DNA of 64,000 nt from a virus (taxonomy: Duplodnaviria; Caudoviricetes). The translations under genes and the position numbers were made by a program. Of the stretch, positions 30,381 through 38,752 are shown one piece after another; positions within the stretch are counted from its first letter, which is position 1; every line of letters starts with the position of its first letter. The notes below the pieces were generated by a model. That model had not been told where the DNA came from. It saw nothing but the letters and a program-made list of their open reading frames with translations, and searched no databases. Location: positions 1 through 64,000 of the IMG/VR virus record IMGVR_UViG_3300038345_000094. The stretch is one strand, 5' to 3'.

Positions 30381-31303
30381 ATATTCAACGAAACTAATTT
30401 AACATCCTCTTTTTTATTGAGATTATCACGGCCTCTTGCAACAGTGCCACAGTCTTCACATCTAAACAGTTCATATCTGCTGACTTGCGTTGTGTAGAAA
30501 CCGTCAATCTTCTTCATATGCACGCTGCCACAATGAGGACAAATCATAGCCGTAGAGTCAACGAGATTGCCAAGAGGCGGGTGATTAGGAATCCATGGAA
30601 GAAGCTTCAGATAAACGAGCTCCAGCATCTTAACGTCGTTCTTGTTATATTCCTGCATATAAGCCAAAGACTCATCATCGCCATGGACACACTTGCGCCA
30701 TAACTCAAAATCGGTATCAAGCTTATGAGGAAAACCAAAATACTCGCACAAAGCGTCAAGCTTATTGCTCATGAAGCCAAACTTCTTTCTGGCAACTTGC
30801 AACGTATCGATTATCCTATAAGGACGTGGAGGCTTCAGGCCGTTCATCAGAAATCTAGTATTGACCCACGGGATATCTGCGCCAATGGCATTATGAGCAA
30901 TAATGATATCTGCCTCATCAAAAAGGGCCCAAAGACTATTCATAATTCTCGAATCATCTTCCTTAAGAGCCTCCTCGCCAGTAAGCCTGTCGCTCATTAT
31001 TTCTGCATCATATAACCATTTTGCTGACCAGCAGAGCATAAACCAATGGCCGTTAGTGTGATCCCAAGCAATATTCTGCTTCCATAAGCTAAAGACATAT
31101 GCCTCTACAGGAGCAGTCTCTGTGTCCAGAAGCAAAATCTTAGGCAGTTTCCTGACAGATCTTTGCTTCTCGTCGAGGAGAATTCGCTTAGCCTCGTAGA
31201 TTGTCTGCCTGTCAACATGATTTCTCTTTGCCAACTTACCAGCGCCCATCTTGATAAAGTATGGTTTATCCCTGTATTTATCGGCTATTTCTATTGCTGT
31301 CAT
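30377..31303 (-). CDS. DnaQ/RNase H-like 3'-5' exonuclease with C-terminal zinc ribbon
   Basis: LLLDTET, AHNAIGAD, IDTL, YNKNDV; CPHC...CEDC. Confidence 0.85.
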   Translation of the reverse strand: MTAIEIADKYRDKPYFIKMGAGKLAKRNHVDRQTIYEAKRILLDEKQRSVRKLPKILLLDTETAPVEAYVFSLWKQNIAWDHTNGHWFMLCWSAKWLYDAEIMSDRLTGEEALKEDDSRIMNSLWALFDEADIIIAHNAIGADIPWVNTRFLMNGLKPPRPYRIIDTLQVARKKFGFMSNKLDALCEYFGFPHKLDTDFELWRKCVHGDDESLAYMQEYNKNDVKMLELVYLKLLPWIPNHPPLGNLVDSTAMICPHCGSVHMKKIDGFYTTQVSRYELFRCEDCGTVARGRDNLNKKEDVKLVSLNI

Positions 31304-31306
31304 ATC

Positions 31307-31585
31307 TTAAAATTTAGAGTTTGAAACACCCTTCAGTAATATATTGACCTTTTCGACAGGACATTCTTGTTTGACGTCTTTCTCGTCAACATAATCGAAA
31401 AGAACGCCTTTTATTGAGTTCAACTCCTTTTCTTCAGCTTCAATGACTTCATCGAGCTTAAGACTTTCCTCAAACAATTCATGTTTGCGTTCCTTTAGCT
31501 GTTCAAGACGCTCCACCTTTGCTACTATTACTGCTGGTGCTTCTGGAGACATAAGCTCCGTATGTAAAAAATAATATCGTCTCAT
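31307..31585 (-). CDS. Hypothetical coiled-coil protein
   Basis: 92-aa ORF in operon. Confidence 0.5.
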   Translation of the reverse strand: MRRYYFLHTELMSPEAPAVIVAKVERLEQLKERKHELFEESLKLDEVIEAEEKELNSIKGVLFDYVDEKDVKQECPVEKVNILLKGVSNSKF

Positions 31586-31587
31586 TA

Positions 31588-31956
31588 CTATTTCCCCTTT
31601 TTATATAAATATAATATAATAAATAAGAATATACCTATGGTAATCAAATATACGATAGCACTCACTTCAACCTGAGAATAATAATCCACAACACTAATTA
31701 TATTATTGACCAGTACATAATGAAGAAACATTCTATGATATTCGCAGAAGCAAAAGACATAACTTGCCAAATACAAGAATGCTAACGTAAGAAAAGAAAT
31801 GCCACCTATGTAAGAAAGAAACCATGCATCAACACCAAAAAGCCAGAACCCCGTATTGAGCACATCGCATAATGCAATCACCATAGGTATAATCTTTAAT
31901 ATCCAAATCGTAAGTTTATATAAGCGTTTACTTCTTAAGTTTGCCGCCACAGCCAT
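31588..31956 (-). CDS. Hypothetical multi-pass membrane protein
   Basis: 3-4 hydrophobic segments. Confidence 0.6.
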   Translation of the reverse strand: MAVAANLRSKRLYKLTIWILKIIPMVIALCDVLNTGFWLFGVDAWFLSYIGGISFLTLAFLYLASYVFCFCEYHRMFLHYVLVNNIISVVDYYSQVEVSAIVYLITIGIFLFIILYLYKKGK

Positions 31957-32047
31957 AATCCTTACCGTGCTTCACTCCCGCTTTTGTCACTAACGGACGG
32001 CGAGGCCCCCTAGAGCTGTCATTGCCCTGTTTTTTCTTCGATGCCAT
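31928..32047 (-). CDS. Small basic peptide ending YGCGGKLKK (39 aa)
   Basis: Own translation MASKKKQGNDSSRGPRRPLVTKAGVKHGKDYGCGGKLKK; fills the intergenic gap; shares CGGKLK with the 1042-aa protein. Confidence 0.55.
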   Translation of the reverse strand: MASKKKQGNDSSRGPRRPLVTKAGVKHGKDYGCGGKLKK

Positions 32048-32537
32048 GTATACTATTTTCGTTTGTTATAGTGTAAATCGCAGGTACATAATTTTCATCA
32101 ACTGTAATTATATAACCATTGATTGCCTTATCTCTAAAATCATGATACGCTGATTGTATCTTTACGAGATTCGTACTTACCGTCTTTTGTGTTATTGCAA
32201 GTACTGTATCTGAATATTTCAAACATGTAGACGTAATGTCTATATCTCTTAATTGCTGCAATGTTGGAGTCGCTCCATCAAGTTCAAGATTTCCCAGAAC
32301 ATCATCTACGTCTTGTCCGTCGTCTTCAAAATCAAGAATTTCAAGAACGTGTGTTGTCAACTCCTCTTGGTCATCATTCCCAGACGATTGTTGACCGACA
32401 TCAACCCAATCACTACCATCATATATCTGTGTTACTATCGGCGATGTACTGTCACCAGTTACTGAATGATGCCGCCATATAACACCACTGCTTATCGGAG
32501 GTGTTTCTCCTTTGTATATTTTAACGTATTGTCCCAT
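32019..32537 (-). CDS. Protein with N-terminal module shared with two fibre proteins
   Basis: YKGETPP....VIWRHH....TSPIV.QIY....W aligns with N-termini at 8555 and 19619. Confidence 0.6.
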   Translation of the reverse strand: MGQYVKIYKGETPPISSGVIWRHHSVTGDSTSPIVTQIYDGSDWVDVGQQSSGNDDQEELTTHVLEILDFEDDGQDVDDVLGNLELDGATPTLQQLRDIDITSTCLKYSDTVLAITQKTVSTNLVKIQSAYHDFRDKAINGYIITVDENYVPAIYTITNENSIHGIEEKTGQ

Positions 32538-33535
32538 TATTCGTCTCTTACGTATTCGTCAAATATCTTCAAGTCCATATGACCAGAACAACGCTTGATA
32601 GCATGTATATTACATCCTCTAAGTACGTTAATAGTAATAGCCGTACGTCTTGCCGTATGCGATGATATTAATGCGTATTTCGGTTTATTATAGACTATAA
32701 GTTCACCATTCACTCGCTCCTCATATCTGACATTATCGCAGAAGCCAATATCCTTCATTAACTGATGTAGCTTATGGTTGTAGTTTCCTATTGTCGCAGT
32801 ATATGGCGGTTCGTAATCATACTTCTCAAGGAGTCTATACGTCGTCTTTGCGTCAATTGCGTATCTGTCTATATTCACGACTGCAAGACCGCCTGTCTTC
32901 TGCTGTGTAATCTTGAAGATATTTCTATCAAAACACCCTTTGTTGATTCTCACCATGTCAGAATACCGTTGATATAGATTACAAGACAGTACGAACATAT
33001 CTCTTACTCGTTCCATCGTCTCCCTAAAATCCTTTCTTCGGTTTCTATAAAATCGCTGTACATCAAAATATGTTATTCTCGATACCTCATCTGCAGTAAG
33101 AGCAATCTTGTTATTGAACGTTTTCGGTATAACAACATCCATAAACGTTGGAGATACCGTCACATTGTACTTAACTGCCCAGTTTAATACAGATTTCAAT
33201 TGAGAACAGATAGTTGATATAGTAGAAAGTTTAAGTCCGCGATTCTGGCAGAATGCGATGAAATAGCCCCAGAATATATCTGTTATCTGTACGGGCTGTA
33301 ACTTAACGTGATATTCCTCTTCAAGAAGAGAAATGTTGTTTATCAAACAGTTTATTGTCTCAGGATAATGGGGATGAAGCTTACTCTTTGCTTTAGCACA
33401 CGCCCTTATCACTTCCAATAAACTACACCCTTTCAAATCAAGAACGAATGGGTCACGTAGGGACTTTTCAAGATAAGAAAGGAAATCATCTTTTTGAGAA
33501 TAATCAAAATCCTTTTTTATTGCCGCTTCTCCCAT
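32537..33535 (-). CDS. Tyrosine recombinase (Bacteroidota type, no obvious arm-binding domain)
   Basis: Catalytic set R (QRYSD), K (QQKTG), HxxR (SHTARR), H (SGH), Y (DEY). Confidence 0.92.
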   Translation of the reverse strand: MGEAAIKKDFDYSQKDDFLSYLEKSLRDPFVLDLKGCSLLEVIRACAKAKSKLHPHYPETINCLINNISLLEEEYHVKLQPVQITDIFWGYFIAFCQNRGLKLSTISTICSQLKSVLNWAVKYNVTVSPTFMDVVIPKTFNNKIALTADEVSRITYFDVQRFYRNRRKDFRETMERVRDMFVLSCNLYQRYSDMVRINKGCFDRNIFKITQQKTGGLAVVNIDRYAIDAKTTYRLLEKYDYEPPYTATIGNYNHKLHQLMKDIGFCDNVRYEERVNGELIVYNKPKYALISSHTARRTAITINVLRGCNIHAIKRCSGHMDLKIFDEYVRDE

Positions 33536-33550
33536 TAATATGAGTATATA

Positions 33551-33664
33551 AAAAAGGGGCGAGTGTTAGCCCGCCCCTCATAGGTCGACTACCGATCTTT
33601 GCCATAACGATATGTTTTATCGTTTCAATATGCAAAGATAAGTAAAAAAATCGACAAATCCAAA
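33551..33664 (-). promoter_or_regulatory. Promoter plus leader terminator hairpin upstream of recombinase
   Basis: TTTG...TATCTTTGCA (33631-33664); AGGGGCG..CGCCCCT-TTTTT hairpin at about 33551-33577. Confidence 0.6.
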
Positions 33665-33793
33665 TTTTTTCTCCATTTTTTAATGGATTTTATTATTCTA
33701 TTACTTTTTAATAAATTATCTTAGTCAGTTATATGCCTTCTAAGTAGTTAAGTTACACCAAATTTTCTAAGAAAACCCCTTCTATTTGGGGAT

Positions 33794-34030
33794 TTAACTT
33801 AGTCGGTTTGTACCCGAAACTAACGTGTCTTGCTTCTGGGATAATTCCGAGGCAGAAGCAGAACCTATATTGGTGCGCGCTCGCTGCTGTTGCGATGAAG
33901 TAAGCGACTGGGCAGTATACTTCACGGCATTGGGAGTACCGCCCCCACCACCGCCCTCCTCAAGCAGCTTCTCTATCGTCTCTAAATGACGTACGTAATC
34001 ACGATTCGATCGTTTATTAATCGCTACCAT
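33794..34030 (-). pseudogene. Truncated fibre gene fragment (78 aa)
   Basis: YTAQSLTSSQQQRARTNIG matches the 1197-aa fibre; ends abruptly after KQDTLVSGTN inside site C. Confidence 0.55.
33795..33821 (+). repeat. Putative recombination site C (TAACTTAGTCGGTTTGTACCCGAAACT); core copy CTTAGTCAGTTA at 33720-33731
   Basis: Similar to sites A and B; next to recombinase gene. Confidence 0.5.
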
Positions 34031-34139
34031 TGCTATTCTCACTGTTACCGCCACCTAACAACTCTTCAATCTTTATTAAATGACGTATGATGTTCATATC
34101 AGACTGCTCGTTCTGATCATAATACTTGTCTTCTTCCAT
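34017..34139 (-). CDS. Small protein (40 aa) paralogous to the N-terminus of the next ORF
   Basis: NEQSDMNIIRHLIKIEELLGGG vs NKRSNRDYVRHLETIEKLLEEGGG. Confidence 0.55.
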   Translation of the reverse strand: MEEDKYYDQNEQSDMNIIRHLIKIEELLGGGNSENSNGSD

Positions 34140-34492
34140 ATTATATGCTTGTATTATATTTCATTCATTAGGACAACTAAAACAAAACCTCCAACTTCAC
34201 CTCTGGATACAATATATCCTAGGCGGGTTTTGCCCCGTCCACCTTACCGTCTCCGGCAGGTCTATCCATAAATCTTCAGGAAACCGCGTTACATCACTCC
34301 CGAACAGCTGTTTACCTCTGCCTTTTCTCATAGTACTTGGCCAGCTAAATTCCCCTATATCTATGGACCGTTTTGGCCACGGGTTAAACTATTCGCCCAT
34401 GTGAGAACCTGACGCTATATCCTTATAATCAGATGATATCAGGCTGACAATCGCATAGTACTAATATACGATACCACTAAATATTTTAACGA

Positions 34493-34526
34493 TGCAAAGA
34501 TAAGCAAAATTTTTGACATTTCCAAA
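34493..34526 (-). promoter_or_regulatory. Bacteroidota-type promoter heading the late arm
   Basis: Minus strand TTTG...TATCTTTGCA. Confidence 0.7.
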
Positions 34527-34828
34527 TAATTTCACTGAAAATTACAAATAATTATAAAAAAAATAATTTTTAAATTTTTTTCTCCAAAATTTTCGAAATC
34601 ATCACGATTCGTGTGAGTGGAGGATAAAAATATTTTTTTCTAAATTTTCAAAAATTCTTGATGTTCGTGTGTTTGGGAAATACCCGTCAGCACCCCCACC
34701 GGTGAGCCCTAAAAGGGTGCGATACCCCCGCCGTCGACGAGCAGTCGTCTTCGGCCAATATATCGCAAGCGTCTTTCGCCACCGTACGCGTAAACCGTGT
34801 GGCATCAACATCTAAACGACAGCAAACT

Positions 34829-35326
34829 ATGTCTACGATGTTACAGCGTATCCGGAACGCCAAGTCCGGACAGTCCAGCCTCACGCCCAACGCCAATGCC
34901 GACCGAATCTACGGCAGTGCCTATGTCCCGTCGAACTACGCCATCAAGAGCGAAGCCGTCGACGCAATGGGACGGCACATCGCCATCCTCGCCGCACAGG
35001 TCGATGAGAATGTCACGACCAACCGTCGTGGCGAACTCTACGCCCAGAAGCGAGTCGTCGGCTTCCTCGCAGGTCCTGACGGCAAGGCCAGTGGCTCCTA
35101 CATCTTCATCAAGTTGCGGAGCGACTCCTCCCTCACGCCAGGCCAGTGGCTCGACCCGAAAACCCTCGTCGTCGCGAATATGTCGCAGAACGGCCAGGTC
35201 CTCAACGGGCAGTACCTCATCGAAGAAGGCCACGACTTCGGCGGTACCATCGGCGCCGTCAAGCCCACCTGCATCGACGAGACAGCCGTTGACGCCTCCG
35301 TCCTCGCCCTCGCAAAGACCGAGTAA
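34829..35326 (+). CDS. First plus-strand gene, GC-rich hypothetical protein
   Basis: Strong C-ending codon bias; ATG after A-rich leader. Confidence 0.65.
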   Translation: MSTMLQRIRNAKSGQSSLTPNANADRIYGSAYVPSNYAIKSEAVDAMGRHIAILAAQVDENVTTNRRGELYAQKRVVGFLAGPDGKASGSYIFIKLRSDSSLTPGQWLDPKTLVVANMSQNGQVLNGQYLIEEGHDFGGTIGAVKPTCIDETAVDASVLALAKTE

Positions 35327-36047
35327 TCGGCTGGACCGACAGCACTGCGGGCTCCCCAACACCACGGGGGGCCCGTCAGTAAACGGCAGTCCGGCAGCTT
35401 AGAACGAACATCTATACCTTTAATATAATATATATATAATATATAAGGTATAAGTGTTCAACTCCAATCTGCCTATCTCTCCTTTGTCACGGTTGATACA
35501 ACTTTAAGTTCATTGTTAACAACAATTAGAATGTATAGTTCGTTTCTCAAAATACCACAACCGCCTATTTAGGGATGATATGGCAGCGTAACTCTTTGGT
35601 AATCAATGAGTTTGGAGGCTATTCTGCTGGTCGGCAACCCCATTTCCCAACATTATTTATTACCTAATTATTACTTAATATTAGAATATGAGGGCAATAA
35701 AATTATGTTTTCGGGGATTGGAGGTAGTAGTCTGTGCTATACAAAGAATGGTATCCCGTCCGCCAAGTAGGTCTATCCATAGTTATATTAACTGTGTTGT
35801 ATAGGTCGAAGTTGCCGACCATGGGGTTTAAAAGACAAGCCACCTTGGAGTGAAACAGGCAAATAGCATACCTATAATGGGCGCGATAAATGCTTACCGT
35901 TGTGATTAGCTAGGCAACGCCCTACCTGCTGGGAACTGCAGGCAGTTATGGGGGTCACTGAGAGACCTCTTAATATGCAGTAAACGCTGACGGATGTCGG
36001 TATGACTGCGAAGCCACCTATGGGGACAGGTAAAAAGTCCCCAACAT

Positions 36048-36122
36048 TGCGGAGTAGAGCAGTGGTAGCTTGTCAGCCTCATAAGCTGAAGGTCGTAGGT
36101 TCGAATCCTACCTCCGCAACCA
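36048..36122 (+). tRNA. trnM: tRNA-Met (CAT), initiator-like
   Basis: Cloverleaf, loop CTCATAA, encoded CCA. Confidence 0.92.
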
Positions 36123-36143
36123 AACCTTTAACACAAAAAGCGT

Positions 36144-36590
36144 ATGGACAAAATCATTGAATTCGCGCTTACCCACAACGACTTAGAGCGTAAGGGTATT
36201 CTCGACATCGTCAGGGAGTTGACGATGTCTGGCTTCGATGCTGCTCTTGCTACGGAGTGGCTGCTTGGTATTTCCTCTCGCGAAGAGGCTCTTGCCAAAG
36301 TTCCTACTACTGTTATTCACGGTGGTGTCACTTACACTCTCACTGAGGTGAAGTTCCTCGAGCGCCAGGGGAACTACGAGTATCCAAGCTCGACTGTTCG
36401 TTACTTCCGCACTCAGGAAGAGGCTGACCGTTACTCCAACACTCGTGAGTTCAACTACCGCAACTACTCCGACAATCAGTCCGAGGAATTCAATTTCCGC
36501 GGTGAGTGGCATTACACGGGTAGCAGCTGGATCAGTATCGACGAGTGGATGAAGTGGTCGAAAGAAGGTGAAACTCCTCAAAACAGATAA
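36144..36590 (+). CDS. Hypothetical protein
   Basis: 148-aa ORF with A-rich leader. Confidence 0.6.
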   Translation: MDKIIEFALTHNDLERKGILDIVRELTMSGFDAALATEWLLGISSREEALAKVPTTVIHGGVTYTLTEVKFLERQGNYEYPSSTVRYFRTQEEADRYSNTREFNYRNYSDNQSEEFNFRGEWHYTGSSWISIDEWMKWSKEGETPQNR

Positions 36591-36593
36591 CCT

Positions 36594-36839
36594 ATGGAAA
36601 AGCACGTAGAGATTGTAGGGGTCATCCATGTGGTGTACCCCTACAGGTCTGCGCGTCTGGCAAATTGGACGTGCTGTGTTCCGTTGAGCGATCTGGACAT
36701 CCTGTATCTTCGTCGTCGTCTTTTGAAGAACGGCTTCGGTCTGGATAACCACATTTGCTTCTCCACGACGGACGGCAACTTCATGTATTCCGACAACAAA
36801 CTGTATGTCGGTGGTCAGATCGTCAAGGGCCGTTGGTGA
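36594..36839 (+). CDS. Hypothetical protein
   Basis: 81-aa ORF, tight operon packing. Confidence 0.5.
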   Translation: MEKHVEIVGVIHVVYPYRSARLANWTCCVPLSDLDILYLRRRLLKNGFGLDNHICFSTTDGNFMYSDNKLYVGGQIVKGRW

Positions 36840-37120
36840 TGCAATTCATTATCCATCATATCTACGATGAGGATGGCGGCTTTGGTGACGCTGTTCAAAT
36901 CGATGAAGTGATTGGTGTGTTGGAATGCACTCCAAGTCAGCTGCAGGAGTATCTGGACAGATACAACAAGAAAACGGCTTATTGTCAGCCATATGCAACC
37001 CTTTATTGCGGTGAGCTTAAAGCGGAGGCTGTGGATGACATAAAGTTGTTGTTTCTCGACGAAGATCCTATCCCCGAAGTTCGTAAATGGCCTGAGAGAT
37101 ATGGATTTGATAGCGAATAA
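36839..37120 (+). CDS. Hypothetical protein
   Basis: TGATG overlap start MQFIIHH. Confidence 0.55.
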   Translation: MQFIIHHIYDEDGGFGDAVQIDEVIGVLECTPSQLQEYLDRYNKKTAYCQPYATLYCGELKAEAVDDIKLLFLDEDPIPEVRKWPERYGFDSE

Positions 37121-37248
37121 CAGCGTATTGCGCACAGTCGTAGCGTTGATTTTCATTGTAGTCATGGCGTGGTGCGTCTATTCCATACTTCGGTATGAGA
37201 TGGACACATCTTACCGTGACGAAACAGAAACCAATAACAGAGAGCAAG

Positions 37249-37515
37249 ATGAAACTGATCAAAGACTCTAACGGTAACTTCATTATTGCTGATGACAATG
37301 GCGTCAGCAAGCAGGTAGTCCATGCCGATGAGGTTATTGATGGCGCAAAACTGGCGAAATACCAGCGTAACGCCTCCAACATGGACAACAAGAAGCTTCT
37401 CGACACGTACGTGGAGATGAATCTCGTTGCATTTGTCGACAGGGAGGATGAATATCCTGACTTCGAGACGATGTTCGAATGTGTCTACCACGAGCTAATC
37501 CGGAGGATGTCATGA
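37249..37515 (+). CDS. Hypothetical protein
   Basis: Start MKLIKDSNG. Confidence 0.55.
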   Translation: MKLIKDSNGNFIIADDNGVSKQVVHADEVIDGAKLAKYQRNASNMDNKKLLDTYVEMNLVAFVDREDEYPDFETMFECVYHELIRRMS

Positions 37516-37967
37516 AGACTTTCAATCTGAAAGAGATCAGCAATGCTATTGCCATCTTCTGTCATCGCGTGAAGCTCGGGCAGTCCTGTTATGCGGAAGA
37601 CCTGCATTTGAACAACAGGGCCGCTCAGTTGCTTAAAATCGCCCTTACGAGCAAATTCAGTAAGTCCAAGAGACATCCTTTCGACTTCCCGAGATTGTTC
37701 ATTCTGGACGATAAGAAGCATCAACTCTACCACAAGGTTACTACTCCCAACGATGTTGATTTGAGCAATATTGGTACTGTAAAGGATATCATTACGCTCA
37801 TGACATTCGTTGGTCGCACTAAGCGTGGTGTCGCCAAGGAGGAAAGAACGGAAGTTCTCCAATCTTCTGGCTTGGGTGGAAGATTCCGCCTCAATGGTCG
37901 TACAGTCACGAGAATCGTGATTGAATTTCACGACGGGGTCATCGACACTCACATCACGACTTGTTAG
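37512..37967 (+). CDS. Hypothetical protein
   Basis: ATGA overlap start MKTFNL. Confidence 0.55.
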   Translation: MKTFNLKEISNAIAIFCHRVKLGQSCYAEDLHLNNRAAQLLKIALTSKFSKSKRHPFDFPRLFILDDKKHQLYHKVTTPNDVDLSNIGTVKDIITLMTFVGRTKRGVAKEERTEVLQSSGLGGRFRLNGRTVTRIVIEFHDGVIDTHITTC

Positions 37968-37993
37968 TTCTTCTCGGTTTTTGTGTTGGTTTC

Positions 37994-38034
37994 GGGGCAT
38001 TGTGAGGGCTTCAGCCCTTATAGTGCCCCTTTTT
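37994..38034 (+). terminator. Rho-independent terminator
   Basis: GGGGCATTGTGAGGGC-TTCA-GCCCTTATAGTGCCCC-TTTTT. Confidence 0.8.
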
Positions 38035-38046
38035 AAAATCAGTACG

Positions 38047-38391
38047 ATGAAAAGACTTACAACCATCCTCCTCGCTATCCTGATGTGCGCCTGTGTGAGC
38101 GCCAAGGAAAGCAAATGGGTCGAACAACAATGTGTAGACCTTCCTTCTGGTGTCAAGATGGAAAAGGGCACCACTTCGTCCGGCAATGTCAAATACTGGT
38201 TTGAATTCGATCAGATTGGCAAGGTGACTGTTTCTCCAGGATCTGCTGAGAAATATCTCGCTGGTGAGATCACTCTGCAGCTGGTGAAATGGCGTCATGT
38301 TGATACTGGCGACTACAAATACAGTATCAGACAGAAGAAAGGCTCGAAACAGACCAAGAATATCGATTTACTAACGATTTTCAAGCGATGA
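38047..38391 (+). CDS. Secreted or lipoprotein-like hypothetical protein
   Basis: Signal peptide MKRLTTILLAILMCACVSA. Confidence 0.6.
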   Translation: MKRLTTILLAILMCACVSAKESKWVEQQCVDLPSGVKMEKGTTSSGNVKYWFEFDQIGKVTVSPGSAEKYLAGEITLQLVKWRHVDTGDYKYSIRQKKGSKQTKNIDLLTIFKR

Positions 38392-38672
38392 CCTTCGAGC
38401 GCGGCTGCCGGTACGATGAGAAGACTGGCGAAGTTTGTATCTACATGAACAAGCCGAAGAACATCACGGAGTCGCTGAAGGGGCGAAACATACGCTTTGA
38501 GCATATCAACATGTGCGTAGACGAGTTTAAGAACAAGTCTGGCGTTACTATGTTGAGCTTCAAGGGTATTGTTAGAACCCGCTTCAGCGACTTCAAGTCT
38601 ACGACAATCTATCTCCGCGGCCGTATTACGAATGAAATTCAAGCAATGTCGTTTCGATATGGAAAGAAATGA
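38388..38672 (+). CDS. Hypothetical protein
   Basis: ATGA overlap; 94 aa. Confidence 0.5.
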   Translation: MTFERGCRYDEKTGEVCIYMNKPKNITESLKGRNIRFEHINMCVDEFKNKSGVTMLSFKGIVRTRFSDFKSTTIYLRGRITNEIQAMSFRYGKK

Positions 38673-38752
38673 TTTGTTGACTGATGTCCTTGCCTTCCTG
38701 TTCGCACTCATTGTTGCGATAGTTATCATTTACTCATTATTCTTTAGTTAGT

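Noticed and set aside
32537-33535. Lysogeny integrase / prophage boundary
   Set aside because: No repressor, host genes or identifiable att junction; phage genes continue on both sides.
34140-36040. CRISPR array in the non-coding region
   Set aside because: No regularly spaced identical repeats.
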